The translations under genes and the position numbers were made by a program. This document shows, in pieces, positions 18,501-27,539 of a DNA stretch of 64,000 nucleotides. Each line of letters begins with the position of its first letter. Position 1 is the stretch's first letter. Below the pieces are notes generated by a model that worked only from the letters and a program-made list of their open reading frames with translations, had not been told where the DNA came from and ran no database searches. Source of the DNA: Chlamydiia bacterium (GTDB lineage Bacteria > Chlamydiota > Chlamydiia > Chlamydiales > Rhabdochlamydiaceae); contig CAWDOQ010000002.1 in assembly GCA_963804085.1 (NCBI GenBank), forward strand, positions 128,001 through 192,000. The letters run 5' to 3'.

Positions 18501-19053
18501 TTGCCTCCAAAAAGTATTTAGCATAGTGGGAGGAGTGGCTAACAGCTGTGATCTCTTTTGCAAGAGAAGGAAGATTCTCTTTCACGCAGTTTAAATCGCC
18601 TGAATCCTCTAAAAGAATCTGCATATGTGCGACAAAAAAGCTATCGCCGGGAAGGCCTTCAAAATGGAAATAGAGGTGACGGAAGGAGAGGACGCTGATC
18701 TCTTTTTCCGGACTGAGCCAATTTTTGATGATGTTTAAGAAAAAAAACTCTGTCTTAAACACTTTAGAAGCCCGGCATAAAAAGATTATCGAAACAGCAT
18801 CCGGGGCATGAGTAGGATCAGTCCACTGAACAACCGGCAAAAATTCATTTGTCCACGAGATAAAGTCCCCTTTATCTTCAAAGCAAAGCGACTCTGGAAT
18901 CAGCTTTTTTACAAGCTGCTCGGCCTGACGCACATACTCTTTAAGTGTGTTGTCGGGAAGCCCCTGTGCAAAGTGGGGGCGTATCTTCCAGACAAAACAT
19001 TGTGAATTTTTTTTTGTATTACGCATTGTTTTAAATTTGGTGTCTGCTATCAT
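15556..19053 (-). CDS. Large protein: unrecognised N-terminal region (~665 aa) fused to a family-5 (OppA-like) solute-binding domain; no signal peptide
   Basis: C-terminal half has SLDPR, LFEGL, YTFKLR..WSNGDKVTAYDFEYAWK, LEHPTPYFLEL, NGPFQL, PFTNVKLRRAFAYAINR, EMPVVPIFY. The N-terminal region is hydrophilic with no lipobox or TM segment. Confidence 0.85.
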   Translation of the reverse strand: MIADTKFKTMRNTKKNSQCFVWKIRPHFAQGLPDNTLKEYVRQAEQLVKKLIPESLCFEDKGDFISWTNEFLPVVQWTDPTHAPDAVSIIFLCRASKVFKTEFFFLNIIKNWLSPEKEISVLSFRHLYFHFEGLPGDSFFVAHMQILLEDSGDLNCVKENLPSLAKEITAVSHSSHYAKYFLEAKALSSDTKATLIHQELIRVIQKFPHIFDRTIFLEMSRFLALSEREFMQGRSQRHITKLLCAHHVIRKSLAREAARFPQERHLQLRIAQTRLHFAFGTKPVLGLILGICLFDKYEFFEEKHVLLAVQKLIPSAQAVKGSFYAYQGPQEMIRKVYLEIEKRDGSSFSLQERKVIKQFLSNELKASVEKLIPAVFMIRNEEEIMKNILLLSQEVKYSSDLPQLMISLEQQTATDFLFVITLVRVLREKNESLDKLFQNAEIEAEFTSERVQIVGYLRKKYPKEANVFSLRIAKQPEYLRADSSLNFYLARQKVIEMLNRALGDVRDYNGGMILRQVEQFSEFKQVFSYVSNRYPDLLENFFYSISPIEMQATLPLEQLQTLFRLFLESIETPLTKRESYCLKIQQKETNVFVLIRAREASFKEAIVRHLSLLEIFPKSLVSTNVEVESSHCIGYIYGSSDQQLQRRFLEAIQSGIEEWLQKLKSLQVLRLGYIYFPLSLDPRIGGDENSKNILELLFEGLMRMGKEGKPVCALAKSFEISSDQKCYTFKLRDSLWSNGDKVTAYDFEYAWKKILSPDFVTPFGYLFYPIKNAKSAKEGKISLDAVQVKALDYNTLYVELEHPTPYFLELTAFTLYSPVNHTVDKIHPNWAAQEGQGYVCNGPFQLQKKRSTRYELTKNPLYWHIEKIQLDQVLVFQDNSYTVLQMFKNNEIDWLGRPLYPWDSTFEGGCEEKMEFTSVPRIFWYVFNVKRFPFTNVKLRRAFAYAINRKQMLEKFKYHGSAALTPLPLAHTFHLEQGIQDGDKEYALQLFEEALKELGLTRKKFPVITMLYANGETRDNVARLLKDQWEKLFGITCNIEGHEWNVVFDRMTQGDYQLGNMNWKAFVNDPIYTLNAFRYSSERVNFAKWENEEYQKILDAADQEPDSEKHKEHLKHAEAILLREMPVVPIFYEVQEFKKKKHLKIAVNHQLGLFDFATASITKTP

Positions 19054-19094
19054 TTAAAAGCATTGAAAAGTTAATTGCTTCAAATTTTTAAGTT

Positions 19095-20696
19095 ATGAAT
19101 AAATTCTACCTCTCATTCCTACTTCTTTTTGCAGGCTGCGACTCTCCTAGCGCCTCGTGGGAGACGGAAAAAGAGAGCTTCCTTCCTTTAAGCTTCTCTA
19201 CGGAGGTGCGCTCCTTAGATCCAAGCATCGGTATCGATGACCAGTCTCAAATCGCAATTAAAATGCTCTTTGACGGCCTGATGTCCTTCAACCTTCAAGG
19301 AGAACTCACCCCCGCAATCGCGGAGCGATACGAGATATCTGAAGATCTAAAAACATACACCTTTTTTTTAAGATCTTGCAAATGGTCCAATGGAAAAGAG
19401 GTGACAGCCCACGATTTCGTCTACTCATGGAAAAAGATCATCGGCGGCAATGTCAAGGGTTCCGCGGTCCACAACTTCTATCCAATTAAGAACGCACGCG
19501 CAGTTCTTGAAAAAAAGATGGCTTTGGAAGAGGTCGGCATACATGCACTGGATAAGAAGACCCTCGTGGTCGAACTCGAGCACCCCACCCCTTATTTTTT
19601 AGAAGCGATCTCGACCTCCTCTTTTTTTGCGGTAAATGCTGAGCTAGACCAGGCCAACCCACAATGGACAAACCAGGTAGGCACTGCCTTTGTTGGCAAT
19701 GGCCCTTTTATCTTAGTAGAGCACAAGCAAAATAATGAGATGGTCCTCAAAAAGAATCCCCTCTACTGGGATGCACAGCAAGTCAAACTAGCAGGCGTTA
19801 AGATCGCCTTTGTCAAAGAGCCTCTGACACTTCTAAACATGTTTGAAAAGAAAGAGATCGCCTGGGCAGGCAAACCGCTGTTTAAGCTACCTCTAGATGC
19901 CGTGCCCACTCTTAAAAAAACGGGACAGGTCAGCTCAGTTCCTTCCTTGGGCGTCTACTGGTATTTTTTGAACACAGAGGCGTTTCCTTTTACCAATAAA
20001 AAGATGCGCTTGGCCTTTGCATACGCGATCGACCGCAAGGCGATCACTGACCATGTGCTGCAAGAGGGAGAGACTCCCGCTTTAGGAATATTGCCCAAGT
20101 CGCTCAACGTCAACCCTAACTCCTATTTTGCCGACAATAATATCGAAGAGGCCAAACGTTTATTCCACGAAGCGCTGCAAGAGCTGGGCCTGACAAAAGA
20201 GACGCTGCCTCCTATCACAATCAGCTACAACTCATCCGAATACCACCAGCGCACTGCACAAGTCATTCAAGAGCAGTGGAACAAGGTTTTTGGGATCCAA
20301 GTCCGCTTAGAACAAGAGGAGTGGAAGGTCCACTTTCAAAAGTTACTAAGTGGAAACTATCAGATTGGAGGTTTGGGTTGGCACTCTTGGCTAAAAGACC
20401 CGATCTACATCATGCAGACATTCCGCTACCGCTCAGATGGGATCAACATGTCTCGCTGGGAGCATCCTACTTATCGCGCCCTTTTGAAATCTGCGGAGCA
20501 AGAGAGTGATAAGGAAAAGCGCAGACGCATGTTTTTTGAAGCAGAAAAACTGCTCATGGAAGAGATGCCTATTATTCCTATTTATTTCACCTCGTTGTGC
20601 TATGCAAAAAGCCCGAGACTTAAAGATGTCTACGTATCTGAGGTTAACACGGTCGATTTTAAATGGGCCTCCTTTGAAAAAGAGGCAAAACGATGA
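19095..20696 (+). CDS. oppA: Oligopeptide-binding lipoprotein OppA family
   Basis: Lipobox FAGC; SLDPS, WSNGKEVTAHDFVYSW, LEHPTPYFLE, NGPF, EMPIIPIY. Confidence 0.9.
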   Translation: MNKFYLSFLLLFAGCDSPSASWETEKESFLPLSFSTEVRSLDPSIGIDDQSQIAIKMLFDGLMSFNLQGELTPAIAERYEISEDLKTYTFFLRSCKWSNGKEVTAHDFVYSWKKIIGGNVKGSAVHNFYPIKNARAVLEKKMALEEVGIHALDKKTLVVELEHPTPYFLEAISTSSFFAVNAELDQANPQWTNQVGTAFVGNGPFILVEHKQNNEMVLKKNPLYWDAQQVKLAGVKIAFVKEPLTLLNMFEKKEIAWAGKPLFKLPLDAVPTLKKTGQVSSVPSLGVYWYFLNTEAFPFTNKKMRLAFAYAIDRKAITDHVLQEGETPALGILPKSLNVNPNSYFADNNIEEAKRLFHEALQELGLTKETLPPITISYNSSEYHQRTAQVIQEQWNKVFGIQVRLEQEEWKVHFQKLLSGNYQIGGLGWHSWLKDPIYIMQTFRYRSDGINMSRWEHPTYRALLKSAEQESDKEKRRRMFFEAEKLLMEEMPIIPIYFTSLCYAKSPRLKDVYVSEVNTVDFKWASFEKEAKR

Positions 20697-21544
20697 GTAA
20701 AGAAGAGCTTTTGATCGGCGCTCACACATCGATTGCAGGAGGCGTACATAACGCGCTTTTAGAAGGGGCATCAATTGGGGCGACAACCGTGCAGATCTTT
20801 ACGAGCAATCAGAGGCAATGGAAGGGAAAGCCGATTAGCGATGCAGAGTTAGATCTTTGGCATAAGACGCTAAAAGAGACAGGCCTTAAAAAGATCATGA
20901 GCCACGACAGCTACCTGATCAACCTGGGTTCGTCCGATAAAGAAGCGCTGGACAAGAGCCGTAAGACTTTTAAGGAGGAGCTCGAGCGCTGCCACAAGCT
21001 CAAGATCTCCTATCTCAACTTCCATCCGGGAGCTGCACTTGCACGCTCAGTTGAAGAGTGTCTCGACACCATTTGCGAAAGCCTCCTCGAACTTGAGTCT
21101 TTGGCAGATAAGGGTTCGACACGCATGCTCCTGGAAGCAACCGCAGGGCAAGGCTCGAGTGTGGGCCACAGGTTTGAGCATCTAGCTTATGTAATTGAGC
21201 GCGTCCATAAAAAGATCCCGATAGGAGTCTGCATAGATACCTGCCACATCTTTTCTGCAGGTTATGACATCCGCACCAAAAAAGGGTGGGACGAAGTTTT
21301 GCAAGAATTTGATAAGATTGTCGGATTAAAGCATCTTTATGCCTTTCACGTGAACGACTCGCTGAAACCATTAGGAGCAAGACGCGATAGACACGCGTCT
21401 CTAGGCAAAGGCGAGATCGGTATTGAGTCTTTCAAGGTAATGATGACGCATCCTTTATTGCGCGAGATTCCTAAGTATTTGGAGACTCCCGATACCGAGA
21501 TTTGGAAGGATGAGATTGAATTATTAAGAAAATTTGGGAGTTAA
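20693..21544 (+). CDS. nfo: Endonuclease IV (AP endonuclease)
   Basis: IGAHTSIAGG, SHDSYLINLGS, NFHPG, CIDTCHIF, HVNDS..DRH, YLETP. Confidence 0.97.
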   Translation: MSKEELLIGAHTSIAGGVHNALLEGASIGATTVQIFTSNQRQWKGKPISDAELDLWHKTLKETGLKKIMSHDSYLINLGSSDKEALDKSRKTFKEELERCHKLKISYLNFHPGAALARSVEECLDTICESLLELESLADKGSTRMLLEATAGQGSSVGHRFEHLAYVIERVHKKIPIGVCIDTCHIFSAGYDIRTKKGWDEVLQEFDKIVGLKHLYAFHVNDSLKPLGARRDRHASLGKGEIGIESFKVMMTHPLLREIPKYLETPDTEIWKDEIELLRKFGS

Positions 21545-21550
21545 TTTTTT

Positions 21551-21647
21551 GTCCTTGCCCGTGCCCTTGCCCCTGCCCTTGCCCGAATTAAAAATGAAGA
21601 ATGAAGAAAGAAAATCGGGCAAGGGCACGGGCAAGGGCAGGGGCACG
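21551..21647. repeat. Family A palindromic repeat, copy 4 (variant loop)
   Basis: GCCCGT/GCCCTT arms with CCCGAATTA...ATCGGG and an A-rich loop. Confidence 0.8.
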
Positions 21648-21667
21648 AAAAAGAGAGAAAAAGGTTT

Positions 21668-23037
21668 ATGCGAATTAAAATAAAAAAAATTAGTCCATCA
21701 GACATCGGGAAAGTTCTTAAGGTCTGTGGCTGGATACGCTCCGTGCGAGATCAGAAAAATTTTGCTTTCATCGAGTTAAATGATGGGTCGACACTCGGCT
21801 CACTACAGATCGTTGCAGATGGTTCCCAGCTGACGCCTGAGCTAACGACAGGCGCATCTATCGCCGTCACCGGCAAGCTGGTCGAAAGTCCCGGACAGAA
21901 GCAGAAGTGGGAGCTAAAAGCAGAGAAGATCGAGCTCTTCGGCACCTGCTCTCCCGAAGAGTACCCTCTACAAAAAAAGCGGCATACTTTTGAGTTTCTG
22001 CGCACGATTGCCCACCTGCGTCCACGTACAAACACTCAGGGAGCAGTGCAGCGCGTGCGAAACGCACTTGCCCATGCCACCCACCTCTTTTTCCAAGAAA
22101 AAGGCTTTCTCTATGTCCAGACGCCGATCATCACAGCCTCTGATTGCGAAGGAGGCGGCAAGCAGTTTCTCGTCACCACGCTCGATCCCAATGCTCCCCC
22201 GCGACATTCAGACGGAAGCGTCGACTACACGAAAGACTTCTTTTCCAAGCCAGCCTATCTCACTGTTTCGGGCCAGCTCAATGGCGAAGCACTCGCCTGC
22301 GCCCTCTCTGACATCTACACCTTTGGACCGACATTTCGCGCAGAGAACTCCAACACGAGCCGTCACCTTGCCGAATTTTGGATGATCGAGCCTGAAATGG
22401 CGTTTGCTGATCTAAAAGCGGACATGGAGTGTGCAGAGGCATACCTCAAGTATGTGATCCGCTATGTTCTCGACCATTGCCAAGAGGATATGACCTTTTT
22501 TGATCAGTTCATCGAAAAGGGGCTGATCGACAGACTAAACCATGTCTTCTCCTCCCCTTTTGCTCACATGACCTACACAGAAGCTGTCGACATTTTGACA
22601 AAAGCACCCAGATCGTTCGAATTCGCTGTCAAATGGGGAATCGATCTGCAGTCAGAACATGAGCGCTATCTTGCAGAAGAGTATTGCAAAAAGCCGGTGA
22701 TACTCACCGACTACCCGCAAAAGATTAAAGCCTTCTACATGCGCGACAACGACGATGGCAAGACGGTCGCCGCTATGGACGTGCTTGTCCCCAAAATCGG
22801 CGAGATCATCGGTGGCAGCCAGCGCGAGGAGCGCCTCGACATTTTGAAGAGCAAGCTAGAGGCGTTCGGACTACCAGCCGACGTCTACTGGTGGTACCTG
22901 CAGCTGCGCCAATATGGAAGCGTCCCTCATGCAGGCTTCGGCGTCGGCTTCAGAGGCTCGTCCTCTTCATCACTGGCATGGAGAACATTCGGGATGTGAT
23001 TCCGTTTCCGAGGTTTCCAAATAACGCAGACTTCTAA
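21668..23037 (+). CDS. asnS: Asparagine--tRNA ligase; frameshift near 22952 (probable sequence error)
   Basis: [50 protein letters not shown]. Adding one base restores [23 protein letters not shown]...ADF* ending at 23037. Confidence 0.93.
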
Positions 23038-23045
23038 ATTTCAAA

Positions 23046-23100
23046 CGCGTGCCTGTGCCCGAATTAATTCGGATCGGGCACGCACGCGGGCACGGGCACG
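23046..23100. repeat. Family A palindromic repeat, copy 5
   Basis: GTGCCCGAATTAATTCGGATCGGGCACG; lies between the convergent asnS and SDR genes. Confidence 0.75.
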
Positions 23101-23117
23101 AAGAAAAGAGACTAGAC

Positions 23118-23869
23118 TTACCTAAAGCCACCGGTGACGAATAGCGATTCGCCAGTTATCCAAGAAGAATCGTCTGATGCGAGAAAGAGTACAGCACGCG
23201 CGATATCTTCCGGTTTTCCAATTCTTCCAAGAGGAGTGTTCTTTTCAGTCTCTTTGCGGAAATCGCTCTCAAGGATCCCAGCAAGCGCGTACCTTCCGTT
23301 TCTATTATACCCGGATTAACGGTAATTCACACGGATTTTACGCGGACCCAGTTCTTTGCAAGCGATCGGGTAATGGCATCGACAGCACCCTTTGTTCCGC
23401 TGTAAACTGCTACCTCAGGAACCGAAGCTTTGCTCACAAGCGAACTAATATTGACAATGCTTCCCCCCTTAGTTCCAAACATCTTGGCAGCCTCTTGTGA
23501 AGCAAGCAAAAGACCCAGAACGTTTAGATCAAACTGCTTATGGAAGTGTTCGGAAGTTATCTCTTCGAGCGGACTGAATTCGTAAATGCCTGCGTTGTTG
23601 ATGAGAATATCGAGTTTTCCAAATGCTTTTTTCGCGTCAGAAAAGAGGCGTTTGATCTCCTTCTGATTTGACATGTTAGCTTGGACAGCTACTGCCTTGC
23701 CTCCACCCTTCTCAATTTTTTTTACAACAGCTTCCGCCTCTTTTTTGCTTGAGCCATAGTTAACGACAACAGCCGCCCCTTCTGCAGCAAGCTGCAAGGC
23801 AATCGCAGCTCCGATCCCTTTTGATGCACCTGTTACGACAGCAACCTTTCCTGCGAGTTTTTTAGCCAT
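23118..23869 (-). CDS. Short-chain dehydrogenase/reductase (FabG/glucose-1-DH-like); frameshift near 23355
   Basis: [17 protein letters not shown]. Adding one A in GCAAAGAACTGG restores the LAKELG frame, which continues to ...VTGGFR* at 23118. Confidence 0.88.
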
Positions 23870-23888
23870 AAACTTCTCCTCCTTTGGA

Positions 23889-25016
23889 TTAAATCTTGTT
23901 TTTAGCTCCTGCGATAACACCTGCGCCTAAGCCGAAGAGCATCGCGGCAAAGGCGATAATAAAGCCAACAACGGGAATGGATGTTAAGATAAAATAGATC
24001 ACAAGACCGCTCAGAAAGACGATCTCTTTTCTAGGTTTCCACTTGTACCACTTAAAAAACGCATCCGATACCCACATGATCGAAAAGACTTTTGCAGTGT
24101 AAAACCCGATTACGTTCAAGGCAATCAAGGTAAGAGCAAAAGGCGCACCTAAAATCGTCATGAGCAGAATGAGCGAAGCCAGAGGCAGTACAATCAGTAG
24201 CATTAAGCCATAGCCGAACGCCTTCAAAGGCTGCTCTGAAAGCGCTTTCAGCGCGCGATGTAGATTAGTCGGAAAGAGACGCAGAAAGATAAGCCCGATC
24301 ACAAAAGTGTAGAGAAAATTCATCAGAATGGCAGCGACCTTAGACCCCAAGAGCAGCCCATGAATCCAATGGCCCTTTAAAAGATCGTGAACCACCGAGG
24401 GATGGAAGTTGACCTTGCCTCCGATAGTGGCACCAGGATCGATGTAAGCTGTAGCGCTGCTCTGGTAATCGAGATCTCCTCCAATAGTAGCTTTTGAGGT
24501 GAGCCGCAATTTTCCAACATGCGCCTCTAGATCCTGCTTTATAGTATTCGACACGCGCAAGTTAGATGCGACAACAGTAGCGTCGCCAGAAACAGGGCTA
24601 GAGATGTCCACATTTCCTGCAACTGCGACAAGATTTCCTAAAAGTTTTGCAGAAGAGGCCAACTGCACATTTCCACCGACCGCCGTCGTGTTATGCCCGA
24701 CTGTGCCGCTGATGGCGATCTGTCCTCCCAACACGCGCACGTTATTGTCCACCACCCCGGACATCTCCACATTCCCGGCTAAAATGAGAAGATCGCCCGT
24801 CACATGCCCATCGATAAAGACCTGCTTGGCGAGCACATAGAGATCCCCTTCCACACGTCCTGAGATCTCGACATTATCTTCCATGATGAAGTAATCGCCC
24901 AAGTGGACACTACCTTTGGGCAGCGTGAGAAAATCCTCCTCCTTCTTTACTTGGGCATCGTCTGCAAAGCCGATAAGAGGAAAGAAAACAGAGAGGAGAA
25001 GAATAATTAAGCGCAT
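23889..25016 (-). CDS. Bactofilin-like (polymer-forming) beta-helix membrane protein
   Basis: Signal peptide, repeated V-x-I-x-G-x-V-x-G-D units, then several C-terminal TM helices. Confidence 0.7.
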   Translation of the reverse strand: MRLIILLLSVFFPLIGFADDAQVKKEEDFLTLPKGSVHLGDYFIMEDNVEISGRVEGDLYVLAKQVFIDGHVTGDLLILAGNVEMSGVVDNNVRVLGGQIAISGTVGHNTTAVGGNVQLASSAKLLGNLVAVAGNVDISSPVSGDATVVASNLRVSNTIKQDLEAHVGKLRLTSKATIGGDLDYQSSATAYIDPGATIGGKVNFHPSVVHDLLKGHWIHGLLLGSKVAAILMNFLYTFVIGLIFLRLFPTNLHRALKALSEQPLKAFGYGLMLLIVLPLASLILLMTILGAPFALTLIALNVIGFYTAKVFSIMWVSDAFFKWYKWKPRKEIVFLSGLVIYFILTSIPVVGFIIAFAAMLFGLGAGVIAGAKNKI

Positions 25017-26011
25017 ACTCTATCCGTTTGCTTCCTGTGGTAGATCTCAAGCTGCCTGGTTGCAAGCAGCTTAACATTTTCTTCCGCCTGCTCTTTTGAG
25101 CGCGTATCCTCTCTAGTTTTCAAGAGCTCTCCGATCTCCTCTAAGTTGAGCAGCGTGATCAGAGGATGCCTACATAACATGGGGTCGACATTGCGTGGAA
25201 CGGAGAGATCAAAGATGAGCTTTGTGCTGATCTCCTCTTCTTGTGCGATCTGATCGTAAGAGAGAAGATAATCGTGCCGATTTGTTCCACAGATAACTAG
25301 TTCAAAGCTGTGCCAAGAAGAGAGCTCTGACCAGGGCAGCAGCTTTAAACTTTCGCGCTCTTCCATCTCTTTTACAGAATCCGGCGAGCGCGTACAGAGC
25401 GTGAGGTTGTTCGCTCCCTTGCGTTTAAAAAAGTGGAGAATTTTACGGTTGATCTCAGAATTTCCGACGAACAAAACAGATGCGCTGTTAAGAGATTTAA
25501 AAAGCTTTTGGCTCACATGGAAAATCGTCCCTTCCAGTGTAGCTCTTGCAGGCGCAAAAGCAAAATGTGACCGCATCTCTTTTCCAATCTTTAAGCTCTT
25601 CTGAAAGAGAAAATGCATGCAGCTTGGCAGCGCACGCAAAAATGTAGCACTTTGATAGGCGATCTTTACCTGACGCTGGATCTCGCTTTCGCCTAAAATA
25701 ACACTATCTAGGCCGGAAGTAACAGAGGATAGGTGCACAAAGCAGTCAGCTCCAAAGTAGCTATAGAGCGCATGCTCAAAAGCTAAAGTGATTTTGGATC
25801 GCAAAAGCTGCAAAATCTCTCCATGCTTTTCTGCAAGATCCTCACCGCTAAAATAGATCTCGGTGCGGTTGCATGTCGAAAGAAGGAGCGCATTTAAATG
25901 CTCAAGCTCCTCTCTTTTTTCATCCAAAAGCAACAGGGCTGCCTTTGCGACAACTTCGCGAAGGGCAAGGTCTGCCGACTTGTAATTTATCCCGACAACG
26001 CCAATGTGCAT
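25007..26011 (-). CDS. hemA: Glutamyl-tRNA reductase
   Basis: LSTCNRTEIY, SGLDSVILGESEIQRQVK, DLSVPRNVD. Confidence 0.95.
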   Translation of the reverse strand: MHIGVVGINYKSADLALREVVAKAALLLLDEKREELEHLNALLLSTCNRTEIYFSGEDLAEKHGEILQLLRSKITLAFEHALYSYFGADCFVHLSSVTSGLDSVILGESEIQRQVKIAYQSATFLRALPSCMHFLFQKSLKIGKEMRSHFAFAPARATLEGTIFHVSQKLFKSLNSASVLFVGNSEINRKILHFFKRKGANNLTLCTRSPDSVKEMEERESLKLLPWSELSSWHSFELVICGTNRHDYLLSYDQIAQEEEISTKLIFDLSVPRNVDPMLCRHPLITLLNLEEIGELLKTREDTRSKEQAEENVKLLATRQLEIYHRKQTDRVCA

Positions 26012-26058
26012 CTGTTCCTTCTCAAAAGAACACTTATTCTACTTAACACATTTTTTAG

Positions 26059-26481
26059 CTAGAAATTTTGTATGCACGAAAGAATCGCATCTGAATCAAA
26101 GCCGCGGCGCTTGAGTGCTTGAAATAATTTTGCTTTGTCCTGCTTGTATTTTTTCCCGCTTTTTTGAAGAAAAAGAGCGATCGCCTCGTTCTGCTCGCTG
26201 CGCTTTTCACCAAGAATAGAGGCAGCCTGCTTTGTCCACCCCTTCTTCGCTTGCAGCTTTGCTGCGATGAGAAGCGGGCCATGACACTTTTTATACTCGC
26301 GCGCGATAAAGTGTGTAAGATCCTCTTCGTCGTTTAAATAGCCGAGACGCTCGCACTCTTGAACAGCTGCCACCGCACTCTTTTGTGAGTGCCCCTTGAG
26401 TATGAGCTTCTCTTTCAGCTCAAATGAGAAGTGGCGCCTGAAAGCCAAAAGCTTGAGTGCTTGCTTGGTTGCTTCATCCAT
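26059..26481 (-). CDS. recX: RecX family regulatory protein
   Basis: ALKLLAFRRH..ELKEKL..KG, GYLND, GPLLIAAKL..K, LKRRGF; ATG at 26481 preferred. Confidence 0.8.
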   Translation of the reverse strand: MDEATKQALKLLAFRRHFSFELKEKLILKGHSQKSAVAAVQECERLGYLNDEEDLTHFIAREYKKCHGPLLIAAKLQAKKGWTKQAASILGEKRSEQNEAIALFLQKSGKKYKQDKAKLFQALKRRGFDSDAILSCIQNF

Positions 26482-26532
26482 GATTCTATCTTGCATTGTA
26501 ACCCTAAATTCAGCCAAGATGAGAGTATGATA

Positions 26533-26802
26533 ATGGAAGAAATTGGAGGAGTGCCGCCCGTCGGACCTGGATCTGGCACCTCGCCCACACAACCCTCCGG
26601 AGCAGAGAAGCCCACATCAGGCAGCTACAGCGAAGACGTGATGCAAACCTGGAACAAGCTGTTTGGAGGCAAAGCCTCCAATGAAGAGCTCAAGCAGATC
26701 ATCAATCTAGTCCTCAAGCAAGCCGTCGACCAAGTAAAAAAAGACCAAGCCAGACTAGTAGAAGCCATCAAAAAAATCCGCCGCGACCAAGAAGAAGGCT
26801 GA
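26533..26802 (+). CDS. Small hypothetical protein with a P/G/S-rich N-terminus (candidate T3S substrate)
   Basis: MEEIGGVPPVGPGSGTSPTQPSG followed by a helical C-terminus; divergent from recX. Confidence 0.65.
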   Translation: MEEIGGVPPVGPGSGTSPTQPSGAEKPTSGSYSEDVMQTWNKLFGGKASNEELKQIINLVLKQAVDQVKKDQARLVEAIKKIRRDQEEG

Positions 26803-26834
26803 AGAATAGAACTCAGTGGAATCTTAAATCTTGG

Positions 26835-27480
26835 CAATAGACATGTCGGGGGTATCGGCGATTCTCGTCGCTACCCCCAGCTGCCCCCTTGCGCCTCACC
26901 TCGCGTTGCCAAATCGCGTGCTCGTCGGGGGGCCGTGTATAACACGGCACCGCCACGCGCTTCGTGCTCTCCTGCGGCAGCGATTTTGCTGTGCGATCTG
27001 AGTCGAATGGCTGCTCGTGCGCTCACTTCCCACACCTGACGGTGCGGGTCCCTTCTCGCGTCATGTCGCAGAGCCATACTTCAAGAGTGTATCCTTCTTG
27101 TATGGAGTGCGGTGACTTGTCACCGCTTTGTTAGACAGCGACTCGTCGCTGCTCTTTCTTGAGAGACATCGTGACAAGTCCCGATGGAGAAAAGCGGTGA
27201 CAAGTCACCGCACTCCACATAAGAGTGAATCCAACATTGACAGGCTCTGCGAGCCGACATGGAAGGGGCCCCGCGACGAAGGAGTGGGGAGGGAGTGCGC
27301 CGAGCAGCCATTCGACTCAGATCGCACAGCAAAATTGTACCGCAGGAGAGCGCAAAGCGCGTGGCGGTGCCGTATTTCATACGGCCCCCCGATGAGGACA
27401 CGATTTGGCACAGCGAGCTGGGGCGCAAGGGGGCAGCTGGGGGCCGGGACGAGAATCGCCCGTCCCCCGACATGTCTATT
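26835..27480. repeat. Composite ~645-bp palindromic element: inverted 230-bp unit, REP-like pair, forward 230-bp unit
   Basis: 26835-27068 is the reverse complement of 27255-27480 with divergence. The centre holds GGAGTGCGGTGACTTGTCACCGC / GCGGTGACAAGTCACCGCACTCC hairpins. A related copy lies at 40620-40990. Confidence 0.85.
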
Positions 27481-27539
27481 CAACCCCTATTAAGATTTTT
27501 CCCTATCTTTCTCCGAAATACTGTATGCTTGTCCCCTAT

